DNA from: an uncultured beta proteobacterium
GTDB lineage: Bacteria; Pseudomonadota; Gammaproteobacteria; Burkholderiales; Burkholderiaceae_C
Assembly: GCA_963766315.1 (NCBI GenBank)
Contig: CAVXZM010000013.1
Location: 229,745-293,744 of the forward strand
Reading direction: 5' to 3'
DNA: 64,000 nt
Within the stretch, counting starts at the first letter, position 1. The number at the start of each line of letters is the position of its first letter. This document shows positions 41,252 through 52,429 of the stretch, piece by piece. The notes beneath the pieces are model-generated. The model ran no database searches. It saw only the letters and a list, made by a program, of their open reading frames with translations, and had not been told where the DNA came from. The position numbers were made by a program, and so were the translations under genes.

Positions 41252-41550
41252 GCGAGTGACCTCTTGATGTCTGCTGCAGGTCTTCCGCAGCGAGTGCACG
41301 AAGTATCTGGAAGGCGTGCACGCATCGGTCCCCCGTGGGCACGGGGTATTCGCATCAGGGAGTAACGAAAGTTCGCGGTGCCGTGCCGTTCATCACGCTA
41401 CCGACGACCGCTCGGCTTTTACCCCGGGTTCGCGGGGTTGCGACGCCCCTGCTCCTGCAGCGGCGAAGAGTTCGTCGTTCGTCACCGTCTTCTATTTGTG
41501 GTCTCGCTGTATGCGCAACGACGCGTCGGAGACCTACGCTGCTCGCCGCC

Positions 41551-42295
41551 TCAGCCCATGTGCAGGCCGCCGTTGACCGAGAAGTCGGCGCCGGTCGCGA
41601 AGCCCGACTCGCTCGGACGCGACCCACGACACCATCGAGGCGATGTCCTGCGGCGTGCCCAGGCGCTTGACCGGGATGCCGGCGACGATCTTGTCGAGCA
41701 CCTCCTGGCGGATCGCCTTGACCATGTCGGTGGCGATGTAGCCCGGGCTGACGGTGTTGACGGTGACGCCCTTGCTCGCCACTTCCTGCGCCAGCGCCAT
41801 CGTGAAGCCGTGCATGCCGGCCTTGGCGGCCGAGTAGTTGGTCTGGCCGAACTGGCCCTTCTCGCCGTTGACCGACGAGATGTTGATGATGCGGCCCCAG
41901 CCCCGCTCGACCATGTCGTCGATCACCTGCTTGGTGACGTTGAACAGGCTGGTCAGGTTGGTCTCGATCACCGCGTCCCAGTCGGCGCGCGTCATCTTGC
42001 GGAACATGCCGTCGCGGGTGATGCCGGCGTTGTTGACCAGCACGTCGACCGGGCCGTGCTCGGCGCGCGCCTTCTGGAACGCCGCGACCGTCGAGTCCCA
42101 GTCGCCGACGTTGCCGACCGAGCAGTGGAAGGTGAAGCCGAGCGCATTCTGCTCGCCCAGCCACTTGGCGTGATCGCGGCTCGGGCCGCAGCCGGCGATG
42201 ACGGTGAAGCCGTCCTTGTGCAGGCGCTGGCAGAGCGACGTGCCGATGCCGCCCATGCCCCCGTGACGTAGGCGATCTTCTTTTCTGTCGGTCAT
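41551..42295 (-). CDS. phaB: Acetoacetyl-CoA reductase (frameshifted)
   Basis: GGMGGIG, NNAGITRDGMFRKM, NISSVNGEKGQFGQTNYSAAKAG, NGGLHMG. Confidence 0.95.
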
Positions 42296-42309
42296 CGTTC
42301 GCAGCGCTC

Positions 42310-43494
<1,185 letters not shown>

Positions 43495-43538
43495 GGGAGT
43501 CTCCTGTCGATGACGATCACCGGCCGCGCGCGGAGCGC

Positions 43539-45264
43539 TCAGGCCTTTTCCTTCACGTAGCGGCCCGGGCGCCGGCTCGATCGCCTTGTACTTGCGCGTT
43601 GCCCGGCTTCTTCGGCGCGGCGACCTGCTTGCCGCCGAACGGCGCCAGCCAATGCCGACCAGTCGGTCCACCAGCTGCCCGGATGCTCGACGGCGCCGGC
43701 GAGCCAGGCTTCGGCCGACGTCCGGCAGCGTCGCCGTCTTGCCGATCCAGTGGCTGCGCTTCTTCTTCAGCGGCGGATTGATCACGCCGGCGATATGTCC
43801 GGAAGCGCCGAGGACGAAGCGGCGCTTGCCCTTCAGGATCGCGGTGCTGCGATAGGCGCCGTGCCACGGGCACGATGTGGTCTTCGCGCGAAGCGTAGAG
43901 GTAGCTCGGGATGCCGATGCTTGCCGAGATCGAGCGGCTCGCCGCAGACCGTCAGCTTGCCGGGCTCGCGCAGGTTGTTCTCGAGGTAGGTGTTGCGCAG
44001 GTACCAGCAGTACATCGGCCCGGGCAGGTTGGTGCCGTCGCTGTTCCAGTAGAGCAGGTCGAACGGCGGCGGCGTCTCGCCCTTCAGGTAGTTGCCGACG
44101 ACGTAGTTCCAGACCAGCTCGTTCGGGCGCAGGAAGCTGAACGTCGTCGCCAGCTCCTGGCCCTTGAGCAGGCTGCCGCCGCCGGCGCTCTGCGCGCCGA
44201 TCGTCTGCTCGCGCATGCGCACGCCGGTCTCGTCGACGAAGATGTCGAGGATGCCGGTGTCGCTGAAGTCGAGGAAGGTGGTGAGCAGCGTCATGCTCGC
44301 CGCCGGCCGCTCGCCGCGCGCCGCGAGCACGGCCAGCGCGGTCGCGAGGATCGTGCCGCCGATGCAGAAGCCGAGCGTGTTGATCTGCTTCTGGCCGGTG
44401 ATCTCCTGCACCACGTCGATCGCGCGCAGCACGGCGTGCTCGATGTAGTCGTCCCAGGTGCGCTGGGCGATCTCGTCGCCGGCGTTCTTCCAGCTCACCA
44501 CGAAGACGCGGTGGCCTTCGGCGACGGTGTAGCGGATGAGCGAGTTCTCGGGCTGCAGGTCGAGGATGTAGAACTTGTTGATGCACGGCGGCACGAACAG
44601 CATCGGCCGCTCGTAGACCTTGCGCCGTCAGCGGCGTGTATTCGAGCAGCTGGAAGAACTCGTTCTCGAACACCACCGCGCCGGCGGTCGTGGCGACGTT
44701 GCGGCCGACCTCGAACGGCGCTCTCGTCGGTCTGCGAGAGGTGGCCGCGCTGGGTGTCGTTCCAGAGCTGCGTCAGGCCGTGCAGCAGGCTCTCGCCCTG
44801 GGTCTCGATCGCCTTCTTCTGCGCTTCGGGATTGAGCGCGAGGTAGTTGCTCGGCGCCGCGGCGTCGATCCACTGCAGCACGGCGAAGCGGATCCGCGCC
44901 CTGGTCTTGGCGTCGCCCTCGACGCTCTTCGCCAGCCGCAGCAGCGTGCGCGCGTTGAGCAGATAGAGCTCGGCCAGAAAGGCCGCCGAAGGGTTCGCGC
45001 TCCAGTCGGCACCGGCGAAACGTCGGTCGCTGAGCGTCGGCGGCGCGGCCGCGAGGACCCGGTTCCAGATCGCTCCGGCCTCCTCGATGTAGTCGCGCTG
45101 CGCCGCCCCGAGCGCGTCGGCCGGCAGGCCGAGTCCGGCGAGCGACTGCCAGACCTCGCCCAGATCGGGCGCAAGCATCGTCTGGATGCCGCTCGCGTGG
45201 CCCGCTTGCCTGCGGCCCCGCTGAGCGCCTTCGGTGCCTGCGTCGCTGCCTTCGCTTGTGCCAT
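43539..45264 (-). CDS. phaC: Class I polyhydroxyalkanoate synthase (frameshifted)
   Basis: VPPCINKFYILDLQP, lipase box LGFCIGG, FDLLYWNSD, SGHIAGVINPP. Confidence 0.95.
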
Positions 45265-45333
45265 CGCCGCATTATCGTGATCCGCATCTGCCGAGCGCTC
45301 CGGGGACAACCATGTAGACGCGTGGTCTTAGCG

Positions 45334-46108
45334 TCAGGGCTCACGATCCAGATCGCCGCGGCCATCCTGCCGGTCACGCCGTCGCGCCGGTACGAGAAGA
45401 AGCGCGATCGTTCGCTGACCGTGCACCAGCCGCCGCCCGTGATGCGCCGCACGCCGGCGCCGGCAAGCCGGTCGCGTGCCAGGCCAGCCAGGTCGGCGAG
45501 CCATTTGCCGCCGCCGCTCGCGACGAAACGCGGCTGCCCCGGGCCAGCAGCACCGGGGTCGGCGCCGAACGCGACGAGGACGTCGGCGCCGACCTCGAAC
45601 CGGCTCGGGCCGATGCAGGCGCCGAGCCACGCCACGAGCTCGTCCGGCGCGCAGCCGCCGGCCGCGCTCACCGCCGCGACCGCGGCCTCGACGACGCCGC
45701 CAGCCAAGCCGCGCCAGCCGGCATGGGCCGCGCCGACCGCGCGCCCGTCCGGCGCGGCGAGCAGCACCGGCAGGCAGTCGGCGGCCTGGACCACGCAGGC
45801 GATGCCCGGCTCGATGGCGACGCAGGCGTCGGCTTCGTGCACCGGCGCGCCCGCGGCGGCATCGGCGGCGCCGACATGGACCACGCGCGCACCGTGCACC
45901 TGGCGCAGGAACACCGGCGCCGCGCCGATCGTCGCGGCGAGACGGCGCCGGTTGGCGGCGACCGCGCCGGCGTCGTCGCCGACGGCGGTGCCGACGTTCA
46001 TCGACGCGTAAGGTCCGCTGCTCAGCGCCGCCGGCACGGGTCGTCATCAGGGCGCCGACGCCGGCGATGCGCCAGTCCGGCGCGAGCCAGTCCGCCGGGA
46101 GTGCTCAC
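45334..46108 (-). CDS. pgeF: Peptidoglycan editing factor / YfiH-like purine nucleoside phosphorylase
   Basis: QVHGA, ADCLPVL, AAHAGWRG, FFSYRRDGVTGRMAA. Confidence 0.9.
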
Positions 46109-46763
46109 GTCGCGTCGGGGCAGGCCGACGGCTGGGTCGATGCGAAGGCCGGCTCGGCCATGCAGGCCTCGAAGACGCGCATCACGGTCGGCACGTGATC
46201 GAGCCGGCAATTCATGCGCTGGGCGTTGAAGATCTGCGGCACGAGGACGCAGTCCGCCAGCCCGGGCGTGTCGCCATGGCAGAAGCGGCCGGTGGCCGGC
46301 GCGTCGGCGAGCTGGCGCTCGACCACCTCGAGGCCGGTCTCGACCCAGTGCCGGTACCAGCTTGTCCTTGGCGTCGTCGGCGACGCCCATCTCGCGCTGC
46401 AGGTAGCGCAGCACGCGCAGGTTGTCGAGCGGATGGATCTCGCAGGCGATGTCGAGCGCGAGCGCGCGGACGCGCGCACGGCCGAGCGCGTCCTTCGGCA
46501 GCAGCGGCGGCTCGGGGTGGGTTTCGTCGAGGTACTCGATGATCGCGAGCGACTGCGTCAGCGTCGCCGCCGGCGCGTCGCCGCTCGGCATCCAGCGTCA
46601 GCGCCGGAACGAGCTGCGCCGGCGCGAGCTCGCGATAGCCCGGCGCGAGCTGCTCGTTCTTGACCAGGTGCACCGGAACATATTCGTACGCCAGGCCTTT
46701 CAGCGCCAGCGCGATGCGAACGCGGTACGACGCCGACGAGCGAAAGTAGTTGTGGAGGCGCAC
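46105..46763 (-). CDS. maiA: Maleylacetoacetate/maleylpyruvate isomerase (GST zeta), frameshifted
   Basis: YFRSSASYRVRIAL, QSLAIIEYLDE, ACEIHP, LADCVLVPQ. Confidence 0.9.
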
Positions 46764-46785
46764 GCCGTCGCTCCGGCCCGGCCGT

Positions 46786-47485
46786 CTAGACCAGCTCAAC
46801 CTGCAGGCTGCCGACGCCGGCGACCTCGCCCTTCAGCACGTCGCCGCGCCCGACTGCAGCGACACCTTCGGGCGTTCCGCTGAAGATCAGATCGCCCGGC
46901 TGCAGCGCCCAGGCCGCGGACAGGTGCTCGATGACCTCGGCGATGCTCCAGATCAGCTTGCCGATCGTGCTTTGCTGGCGCGGCGTGCCGTTGACCGCGA
47001 GGCTGATCGCGGTCTCGGCGCCGATGCGGCACTCCGCGGCACGGCGGATCGGCCCGATCGGCGCCGAGAAGTCGAAGCTCTTGCCGATGTCCCACGGCCG
47101 GCCCGAGCTTCTTGGCCTCGCCTTGCAGGTCGCGCCGCGTCATGTCGAGGCCGACGGCGTAGCCCCAGACATGGCCCATCGCGTCGGCGGCGGCGATGCC
47201 CTTGCCGCCCTTGCCGATCGCGACCACGAGCTCGATCTCGTGGTGCAGGTCCTTGGTCAGCGTCGGGTACGGCATCCGACCCGTCTCGCCCTCTGCGACC
47301 GGCAACACCGCGTCGGCCGGCTTCATGAAGAAGAACGGCGGCTCGCGGCCGGTGAAGCCCATCTCCTTGGCGTGCTCGACGTAGTTGCGGCCGACGCAGT
47401 AGATGCGATGCACCGGAAAGGTCGCTCCGACGGTTCCGGCCACCGGAACGCTGACGGACGGGGGCGGCGTGAAGACGTGGCTCAT
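46786..47485 (-). CDS. Fumarylacetoacetate hydrolase family protein (fumarylpyruvate hydrolase-like)
   Basis: [47 protein letters not shown]. Confidence 0.9.
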
Positions 47486-47560
47486 GACGGGAGTTCCTGC
47501 ACAGGGTGCGGCACCGGCCAAGCGCCGGCGTCGCCGATGATGCCACCCTACACTCGTGCC

Positions 47561-48106
47561 ATGTTCGCGCCGCGCAGCATCAAGCATTGCCGAGCCTGCG
47601 GCGGCGAGGTCCGCTACCAGACGCCGGCCGACGACAACCGCGATCGCGCCACCTGCACCGTCTGCGCGACCGTCCACTACGAGAACCCGGTCAACGTCGT
47701 CGGCACGCTGCCGGTCTGGCAGGACAAGGTGCTGCTCTGCCGCCGCGCGATCGAGCCGCGCCACGGCCTGTGGACGCTGCCGGCGGGCTTCATGGAGCTC
47801 GGCGAGACGACCGCAGAGGGCGCGCTCCGCGAGACCGCCGAGGAAGCTGGAGCCAAGGTCGAGCTCGAAGGGCTGTACTCGCTGATCAACGTCGTCCGCG
47901 CAGGCCAGGTGCACCTGTTCTATCGCGCGCGGATGCTCGACGCCGACTTCGTCCCGGGGGTCGAATCGCTCGAGGCGCGCCTCTTCAGCGAAGCCGAGGT
48001 GCCGTGGGCCGAGGTCGCCTTTCGAACGACGAAGATGACGCTCGAGTTCTACTTCACCGACCGGCGCGCCGGTCGCTTCGAGTTGCACCTCGCCGACGTC
48101 GCCTGA
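47561..48106 (+). CDS. NUDIX hydrolase with N-terminal Zn ribbon
   Basis: CRACG...[35 protein letters not shown] Nudix box. Confidence 0.92.
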   Translation: MFAPRSIKHCRACGGEVRYQTPADDNRDRATCTVCATVHYENPVNVVGTLPVWQDKVLLCRRAIEPRHGLWTLPAGFMELGETTAEGALRETAEEAGAKVELEGLYSLINVVRAGQVHLFYRARMLDADFVPGVESLEARLFSEAEVPWAEVAFRTTKMTLEFYFTDRRAGRFELHLADVA

Positions 48107-48110
48107 TCCG

Positions 48111-49976
48111 CTAGGGCGAGGTCGGGACGAGCAAGGACGCGAGCAGCGGATCGGCAGCGGCTGCGCGCAAGGCCCACTCGCGCCGCTGCGACGACGAGCT
48201 GGCGGGCGAACGGATTGCGCGCAGCAGCAGGGCCCCCAACCGCGAACGGATGCGCTCGCTCGCCGCCACGGCCCACGGCTGGCGCAAACCGGCGTGGCAC
48301 GGCCCACGGTAAAGGGCGAGCGCAGACTCGACACACGCGGCGATCGCGACGCTGTCGAGCGCACCGGCTTCGCCTTCCGCGAGGCAGTCGTGCAGCGTCT
48401 GGACGTCGCTCCACACGCATTGCTCGCTGAGACGCATGCGCCGGTCGCTGACCGATATCGCCGCATCGCCTCCGAGCAGGCGGCGCAGCCTTGCCGTCGT
48501 GATGTCGAGCGCCTTGTGCCGACCCTCCCGGCCGTCGCCGGGCCAGAGCGCCTCCGCGACGACGTCGAGCGGCACCGACTCGTTGCCGCTGCCGGCGAGG
48601 AATCGCAACAGCTCGAGCGGCTTGCTCGCGGCTTTGCGTGGATCGCCGGAAGCGTCGCGCAGAGGCCCTGACTCGGTGGTCACCTGCAAGGCACCGAGGC
48701 TGCGCACCTTCACCTGCCACGGCCACTCCTGCGGCGCGCCCGGCGGCGCCGGCAGACCGCGAGTGCGGATCGACGCGCGCACCCAGTCGGTCTCGATGCC
48801 GCTGGCGAGCGCGCGCGCGAACAATCGCGCCACATGCTCCGGAAGGAGCGGCAGCACGCCCGGCCATTCGAGCTCGCGCAGGCGACGCAGCACATCCGTC
48901 AACTCGTCCGTGCACTCGGCGTTCCACTGGCCGCGCCGGTCGGCGGCCGAAAGCGTCGCCAGATCGCCCAGGCAGCGCAGGCGGGCGCCGAGGTAGCGCG
49001 GCATCGCCGTCTCGTTGATTGCGTTGAAGCAGGCAAGTGCCTCGTCGACCGCGCCGGCGCCGAGCAAGGCATACGCTTCGTTGACACGGTAGGTCGCCTG
49101 GTAGCCGGGCCATACGTCCGCGACCTGAAGCTGGCCGACGGCACGGCGCGCGTGGCCGACGGCGGCGTGAAAATCACCGCCGTGCAGCGCCAGCCGGCAG
49201 CGCACATCGTCCCTGTCGGCGAGCCAGAGGGGCGTTCGAACCGGGTCGCCGCGCGCGACCGCGCCATTCGCGAGCGCCATCGCCCGGACCGGATCGCGCG
49301 ACGACTCGATCAGGCGCGCTCGCTGCAAGGCCGCGGTCGCGCCGAGGTCGTGCAGCTCGTTCGCGGCGGCCAGGGCTTGCGCCAGCTCGAGCCGGGCCGC
49401 GGCCTCGTCGAGCCGTCCGAACGAAACGAGGTGCCAGGCGCTGGCGATGGCCCAGTGTCCGCGCCAGAACGGCGCCGCGGCGCTGTCCGACTCGGCCCCG
49501 CCGAGCTGTGCCAGCAGGGCGGCGAAGTCGGCGTCGCGGCCATTGCGCTCGCAGACCTCGCCGAGCGCGGCCCCGAGCGCGAGCGCGACGTCGGCGGGCG
49601 CCGTCCGGACGCGTTCCATCAGGACGGCAATGTCGGCGTGCGGCCACGACGGCAGGACGCCGTAGTCGTTGGCGATCGCCGCACCGGCCCAGGCGAGCAA
49701 TCCCTCCTCCGAGCCGGCAGCAGCGGCCGGCCCGACCGCGTCGAGGACGCCCAGCATGCGCGACGCGTGGCGATAGCCGGCCGAACGCAGATGCTCGACC
49801 AGCACTGCCAGGCCGGCGCAGGACGCGGCCAGCAGCGGATCGCCGGCGAGCGACTGCACGGCCAAAGCCGCGAGCGCATCGATCGCGCCAGGTTCCTCGC
49901 GACCGATCGCCACGCGCAGCGCAGCGAAGCGCTGCGTCGACTCGGCCGTCAGCGAGCGCATCGCCGGTGCGGTCAT
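48111..49976 (-). CDS. Putative transcriptional activator: TPR-like helical N-terminus plus C-terminal OmpR-type wHTH and BTAD (SARP-like) region
   Basis: [54 protein letters not shown]; 621-aa uninterrupted ORF. Confidence 0.78.
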   Translation of the reverse strand: MTAPAMRSLTAESTQRFAALRVAIGREEPGAIDALAALAVQSLAGDPLLAASCAGLAVLVEHLRSAGYRHASRMLGVLDAVGPAAAAGSEEGLLAWAGAAIANDYGVLPSWPHADIAVLMERVRTAPADVALALGAALGEVCERNGRDADFAALLAQLGGAESDSAAAPFWRGHWAIASAWHLVSFGRLDEAAARLELAQALAAANELHDLGATAALQRARLIESSRDPVRAMALANGAVARGDPVRTPLWLADRDDVRCRLALHGGDFHAAVGHARRAVGQLQVADVWPGYQATYRVNEAYALLGAGAVDEALACFNAINETAMPRYLGARLRCLGDLATLSAADRRGQWNAECTDELTDVLRRLRELEWPGVLPLLPEHVARLFARALASGIETDWVRASIRTRGLPAPPGAPQEWPWQVKVRSLGALQVTTESGPLRDASGDPRKAASKPLELLRFLAGSGNESVPLDVVAEALWPGDGREGRHKALDITTARLRRLLGGDAAISVSDRRMRLSEQCVWSDVQTLHDCLAEGEAGALDSVAIAACVESALALYRGPCHAGLRQPWAVAASERIRSRLGALLLRAIRSPASSSSQRREWALRAAAADPLLASLLVPTSP

Positions 49977-50091
49977 GGTCGAGGCTGTGGGCTATCCGTG
50001 GGTGGCCGGGCAACGCGCATGGCCGGATCATCCGCTTCATCGACCCGAAGCGCCGATGCGGCGTCGGGGCGACAGCTCCAGGGGATTTGTC

Positions 50092-51801
50092 ATGCGCGAC
50101 CATTCCGTTGCTCTCTGCGCCTTGGCGACAGCGCTTGTCATGGCGCTTCTGCCGATGGCCGCGCCGGCGCAGACGGTCCTCAAGCCGCCCGAGTACGACA
50201 TCCTGATCGCCACGGGCTCGTCAGCCACTCATTTCACGACCCCCGGCGCCTACGTCCTCGGCGGTGCATCGGTCGAGGTCATCGGCTTTCCGCAGGCATC
50301 GACGTTCGGTCGAGCCAGCGGCAATGCGGAGGTCGGCGCCGGGTTCACCGCCGGGATCCGCTACTACTTCACCGTCACCGGCCCGGGGCACGACGTGGTC
50401 ATCCCGCTGCTCGCCGCCTTCGCCCTGCATGCGAGCGCGATCGGAACGTTCGCCACCAACTCCTCGGCGAGCTTCTCCGTCGACTTCAGCGCCAACGACT
50501 TCACCGAGCAAGTCGACGCCGATGTCCTTCATCCGACGCCCACCGACATCTTCTCCACGCACGCCTTCGGACTGGAAGTGGGCCGCATCGGACAGGTGGT
50601 CCTCGGCATCGGCGGCGGATCGTTCGGCGGCTTCGCGGAGGCCTACGCCGATCCGTACATCTTCGTCGACCCGGCGTTCCTCGCCAGCCATCCCGGCTAT
50701 GCCGTGGCGGTCAGCGACGGGATCGGCAATGCCCCGGCGATCAACGCGGTTCCCGAGCCCGAGACCTACGCAATGATGGCGTTCGGCGTCGGGCTGATGG
50801 CGGCAGCCCGGTGGCGCGCCGCGAGACGCCGCTCGACGCCGGGCGGCCGACCCGAAGGCCGGGTCTTCGCGTCGGGCCTGGCCCTGGCGGCAGCGTGCGT
50901 CGCCAGCTCGTCGGTGCTGGCCCAGGGCGTCCCGCCGGCGGGGCCCGGCCTGCCGCTCACCGAGTTCGGCCTGCACGCGAAGTCGTCGTTCCTCGATACG
51001 GCGGGCATCGTCAGTGCCGGCAGCTTCTTTGCCGAGGGCGGCACCTCGCCGAGCGGTCCGGCGATCCAGGTCCATGGTGTCGGTCTCGCCAGCAACGTCT
51101 CCGCCGACAACGAGGCCAGCGCCGCGGCGCTGTGGGCGTTCCAGATCGCCGGTCCGGTCAACATCGCGGTGCCGGTGGTCATCCACGGCCTCTACAACGC
51201 CAGCTTCGACAACGCCTTCGGCGTGAACGGCGGGCTGGCGATGGGCGTCGACCGGTTCCGGCTCGACCAGGTCTTCAGCTTCCGCTGCAGCGGCGGCAAC
51301 ACCTCGGGATGCGATGACCCGTCCGGCATCCATTCAAGCTTCACCCTCCACACGATGGCGTTGAGCGGCTTCGAGACCTTTCTGCAGATCACCGTCGGCG
51401 GCTCGTTGTTCGGTGCGTCCTCGACCACGCTCGGCACCTTCACCGGCGGCATCGACCCGATCATCAGCATCGACCCGAGCTTCGCGCGCGCCAGCGAGTT
51501 CAGTCTGTTCGTCAGCCCCGATGCCTACGACGGCGCCGCGGCCGTTCCGGAGCCCGAGACCTACGCGATGCTGCTCGCCGGTCTGGCGGTCGTCGGCGCG
51601 GGGGCGCGGCGCCGGCGCGCCCGACTCGCGCCGCTGCAAGTCGATGCCTCCGAAGGAGTCCGCCATGACAGTCCGATTCATTTCTCTCTTCACCTCGACG
51701 GCAGCGACACTGCTCGCCGCGATCCTGCCGGCGGCCGTGTCCGCGCAAACGGTCCTGCCGGCACCCTACTATTTCGGCAACGTCGCGAACGAATCCTCTG
51801 A
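50092..51801 (+). CDS. Double PEP-CTERM protein (apparent two-unit polyprotein)
   Basis: Signal peptide (…MAAPA-Q); VPEPETY-TM-RRR at 50749; internal signal-like VFASGLALAAACVASSSVLA-Q; second VPEPETY-TM-RRRR at 51544; all one frame. Confidence 0.85.
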   Translation: MRDHSVALCALATALVMALLPMAAPAQTVLKPPEYDILIATGSSATHFTTPGAYVLGGASVEVIGFPQASTFGRASGNAEVGAGFTAGIRYYFTVTGPGHDVVIPLLAAFALHASAIGTFATNSSASFSVDFSANDFTEQVDADVLHPTPTDIFSTHAFGLEVGRIGQVVLGIGGGSFGGFAEAYADPYIFVDPAFLASHPGYAVAVSDGIGNAPAINAVPEPETYAMMAFGVGLMAAARWRAARRRSTPGGRPEGRVFASGLALAAACVASSSVLAQGVPPAGPGLPLTEFGLHAKSSFLDTAGIVSAGSFFAEGGTSPSGPAIQVHGVGLASNVSADNEASAAALWAFQIAGPVNIAVPVVIHGLYNASFDNAFGVNGGLAMGVDRFRLDQVFSFRCSGGNTSGCDDPSGIHSSFTLHTMALSGFETFLQITVGGSLFGASSTTLGTFTGGIDPIISIDPSFARASEFSLFVSPDAYDGAAAVPEPETYAMLLAGLAVVGAGARRRRARLAPLQVDASEGVRHDSPIHFSLHLDGSDTARRDPAGGRVRANGPAGTLLFRQRRERIL

Positions 51802-52429
51802 GCAAGACTTCCTTGCCCCGGGCACCTACGTCCTCGGTGGGGCATCGATCTCGGTCATCGGCTTCCCGCAACCGTCGCTTGTCGGCCGCGCGGGCGACGC
51901 CGCCGGCCTCCGCGCCAGTTTCAGCGGCGACATTTCCTATTCGTTCACCGTCGACGGCCCGGCGAGCGGCACCGCTATTCCACTGTTCGCCATGTACGAC
52001 CTGCACGCCAGCGCGATCGGATCGGTGACCAATGCCATCGCGAGTCTTTCAATCACCGGCACGAGGAACGATTTCTTCGAAAGGGTCGCCGCGGACGGCT
52101 CCTTTTCGACGCCGGCCGGCATCTTCGCGACACGCCCGGTCGGGCTGGAGCCAGGCAGCATCGGCGTCGTGTCCCTGGGCGTCGGTGGCTTTTCCGACAG
52201 CGGCCTGGCCGACGCCTATGTCGATCCGTTCATCTTCGTCGACCCGGCGTTTCTCGCCGACCACCCCGGCTACACGGTGCGTGTCAGCGCCGGCGTCGGC
52301 AACGCCATGCCTGTCGCCAGCGTTCCTGAGCCGGAGACGTACGCGATGATGCTCGTCGGCCTCGGGCTGCTGGCGATGACGCGAAGGCGCGCCAGCGCGC
52401 CAGGCCAATCTAAAGCGACGTCGCGCTGA
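51665..52429 (+). CDS. PEP-CTERM protein, paralog of unit 1 of the upstream ORF
   Basis: SD AAGGAG, signal peptide (…PAAVSA-Q), C-terminal VPEPETYAMMLVGLGLLAMTRRR. Confidence 0.88.
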   Translation: MTVRFISLFTSTAATLLAAILPAAVSAQTVLPAPYYFGNVANESSEQDFLAPGTYVLGGASISVIGFPQPSLVGRAGDAAGLRASFSGDISYSFTVDGPASGTAIPLFAMYDLHASAIGSVTNAIASLSITGTRNDFFERVAADGSFSTPAGIFATRPVGLEPGSIGVVSLGVGGFSDSGLADAYVDPFIFVDPAFLADHPGYTVRVSAGVGNAMPVASVPEPETYAMMLVGLGLLAMTRRRASAPGQSKATSR

